Both the position numbers and the translations under genes were made by a program. DNA of 64,000 nucleotides from Mobula hypostoma (lineage: Eukaryota): contig NC_086109.1 of assembly GCF_963921235.1 (NCBI RefSeq), positions 31,808,001 to 31,872,000 on the forward strand, in the 5' to 3' direction. A model generated the notes under the pieces. It saw only the letters and a list, made by a program, of their open reading frames with translations, did no database searches and was not told where the DNA came from. Each line of letters starts with the position of its first letter. Positions within the stretch are counted from its first letter, which is position 1. Below, one piece after another: positions 62,585 through 64,000 of this stretch.

Positions 62585-62925
62585 GATAAAATTAACAATT
62601 ATCTTTATTCGTCACATGCACGTCAAAACAGCAAAACATACAGTGGAATGTGCCCCTTGCATTAACAACCAACACAGTGCGAAAATGTACTGGGGGCAGC
62701 CCACACATGTCGCCATGCTTCTGGTGCTAACATAACATGCCAACAACTTACTAATCCGTGTATCTTTGGAAAATGGGAAAAAAACTGGAGCACCTGAAGG
62801 AAACTCACACAGACATGTGGAGAGCATACACACTCCTTACAGACAGTGACAGGAATTGATCTGTCCGTAAAGAGTGTGTACGTTCTCCCCGTGTTCGTGT
62901 GAGTTTCCTCCGAGTGCTCCATTTA
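62585..62925 (-). mobile_element. SINE remnant with short 5' inversion
   Basis: GGAGCACCTGAAGGAAACTCACAC core; inverted counterpart GTGTGAGTTTCCTCCGAGTGCTCC at ~62897-62920. Confidence 0.6.
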
Positions 62926-63947
62926 AACTACTATACCACCATGCTACCCAAATTCTCAGACCTGCAATCTTGCTCATCTCCTGGTATCATTTCAGCATCC
63001 ACCATCCCCATATTCAATGAACACCAAGTTCCAGAGTTACTGATTTGGTGTTGCACATTTCAGGAGTCGAAAGTATGTCATCTGAGACAAAAATAAACTG
63101 CTTCTGGGGGTTTGGGGAGCTGGTGGCAAGAAGAAGGAACCTATAGTCATGTCTGCAATCACGTGACTGGAAGAGAACTGGATGCAATGGGGAGAGAAAA
63201 GAAAGAACTGTCAGAATGGTTGGTGTGCATGAAAAGAAAAAAAGCCTTTTGTCAAAATCTGTGCTTAAAAAGATTTTAAAGAGAGGAAGAGGTAGGCAGG
63301 CCAGGGTTTAAGAAAATGTTTTCAATAGAGATTGGTCAAAAACTAATCTGATTTAATTCATTGTTTAAATTTAAGATTTTCCTCCACCTGGTGAGTTGTT
63401 CCATTAGTATACCCATGCATTAAGTCCCATCTTCGTTCCTTGCATTACTTCTACAAATCAGGATAATATTCAATGGAGCAAGCCATTATAAAATAAGAAT
63501 TATAATTCTGGTGATAAAACTTAAACGTTCTTGAACATTGAATTTTATAGCAGATCCATTATCTGGAGAAATTGCTTTTTTCAAATATGCTATTGGATTC
63601 TTTTTATTTCACAGTTCATAAAGACCTGTACAATTTTGGACTTACATTTTAATAGACGTTCTCTGGGAAACATTAATATTATCAAATCACACAACATCAG
63701 TAAAATGAGCGAACAGGTGCCTCTCAACTTACCAGAATTGACTTGCTGTAAGTGACAGCTATATTTCAGCACTTTTATATTCAGCAGGAGGGATCGTGCT
63801 GATGGTTCAGTAAAGAGTCACCAGCCAGTCACACTGTGCTTCAGTCGGCTTCAAACTTCCACGTCTCTGCACTGCAGCATAGAAGAACATAACGTACTGG
63901 AGATCAGGTTCAACCACGTCCAATCTCTCACTGCGCCCCGGACTCAC

Positions 63948-64000
63948 CAAAAGAAAACACTGCATTCCATACCTGACCAGCACAAATGAATAGATACAGT
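63948..64000 (-). CDS. Candidate 3' end of a signal-peptide-like exon running off the window (LYLFICAGQVWNAVFSF, phase-1 donor)
   Basis: Donor TTG|GTGAGT at 63948/63947 (alternative CAG|GTATGG at 63973); hydrophobic open frame; locally more CpG. No protein recognised. Confidence 0.25.

Overview
Eukaryotic, repeat-dominated, essentially non-coding vertebrate DNA. The mix of CR1, Rex1/Babar, RTE, L1/Tx1, Penelope-like, Gypsy, hAT-Charlie and Tigger elements plus tRNA-SINEs suggests a cartilaginous fish, probably a ray (inference). I found no intact host protein-coding gene; the window may be a very large intron of a minus-strand gene (weak exon candidates at 63948-64000 and 29842-29853). Highlights: (1) a Gypsy LTR element (38927-41645, minus) whose RT/RNaseH/integrase core is replaced by an intronless ~600-bp copy of RBM25 mRNA; (2) a young Penelope-like family carrying minimal type-I hammerhead ribozymes, inserting as fold-backs with 14-16-bp TSDs, including a 3-kb composite (15437-18451) in which two hammerhead-bearing direct repeats flank 1.66 kb of foreign DNA (retrozyme-like); (3) a non-autonomous Tf1/sushi-type LTR element with a 136-bp internal region, a self-priming PBS and minisatellite-expanded LTRs; (4) an HDV-ribozyme-like pseudoknot at the 5' end of an RTE-derived element. 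Family and protein assignments come from recall and manual reading, not database searches; most repeat boundaries are approximate.
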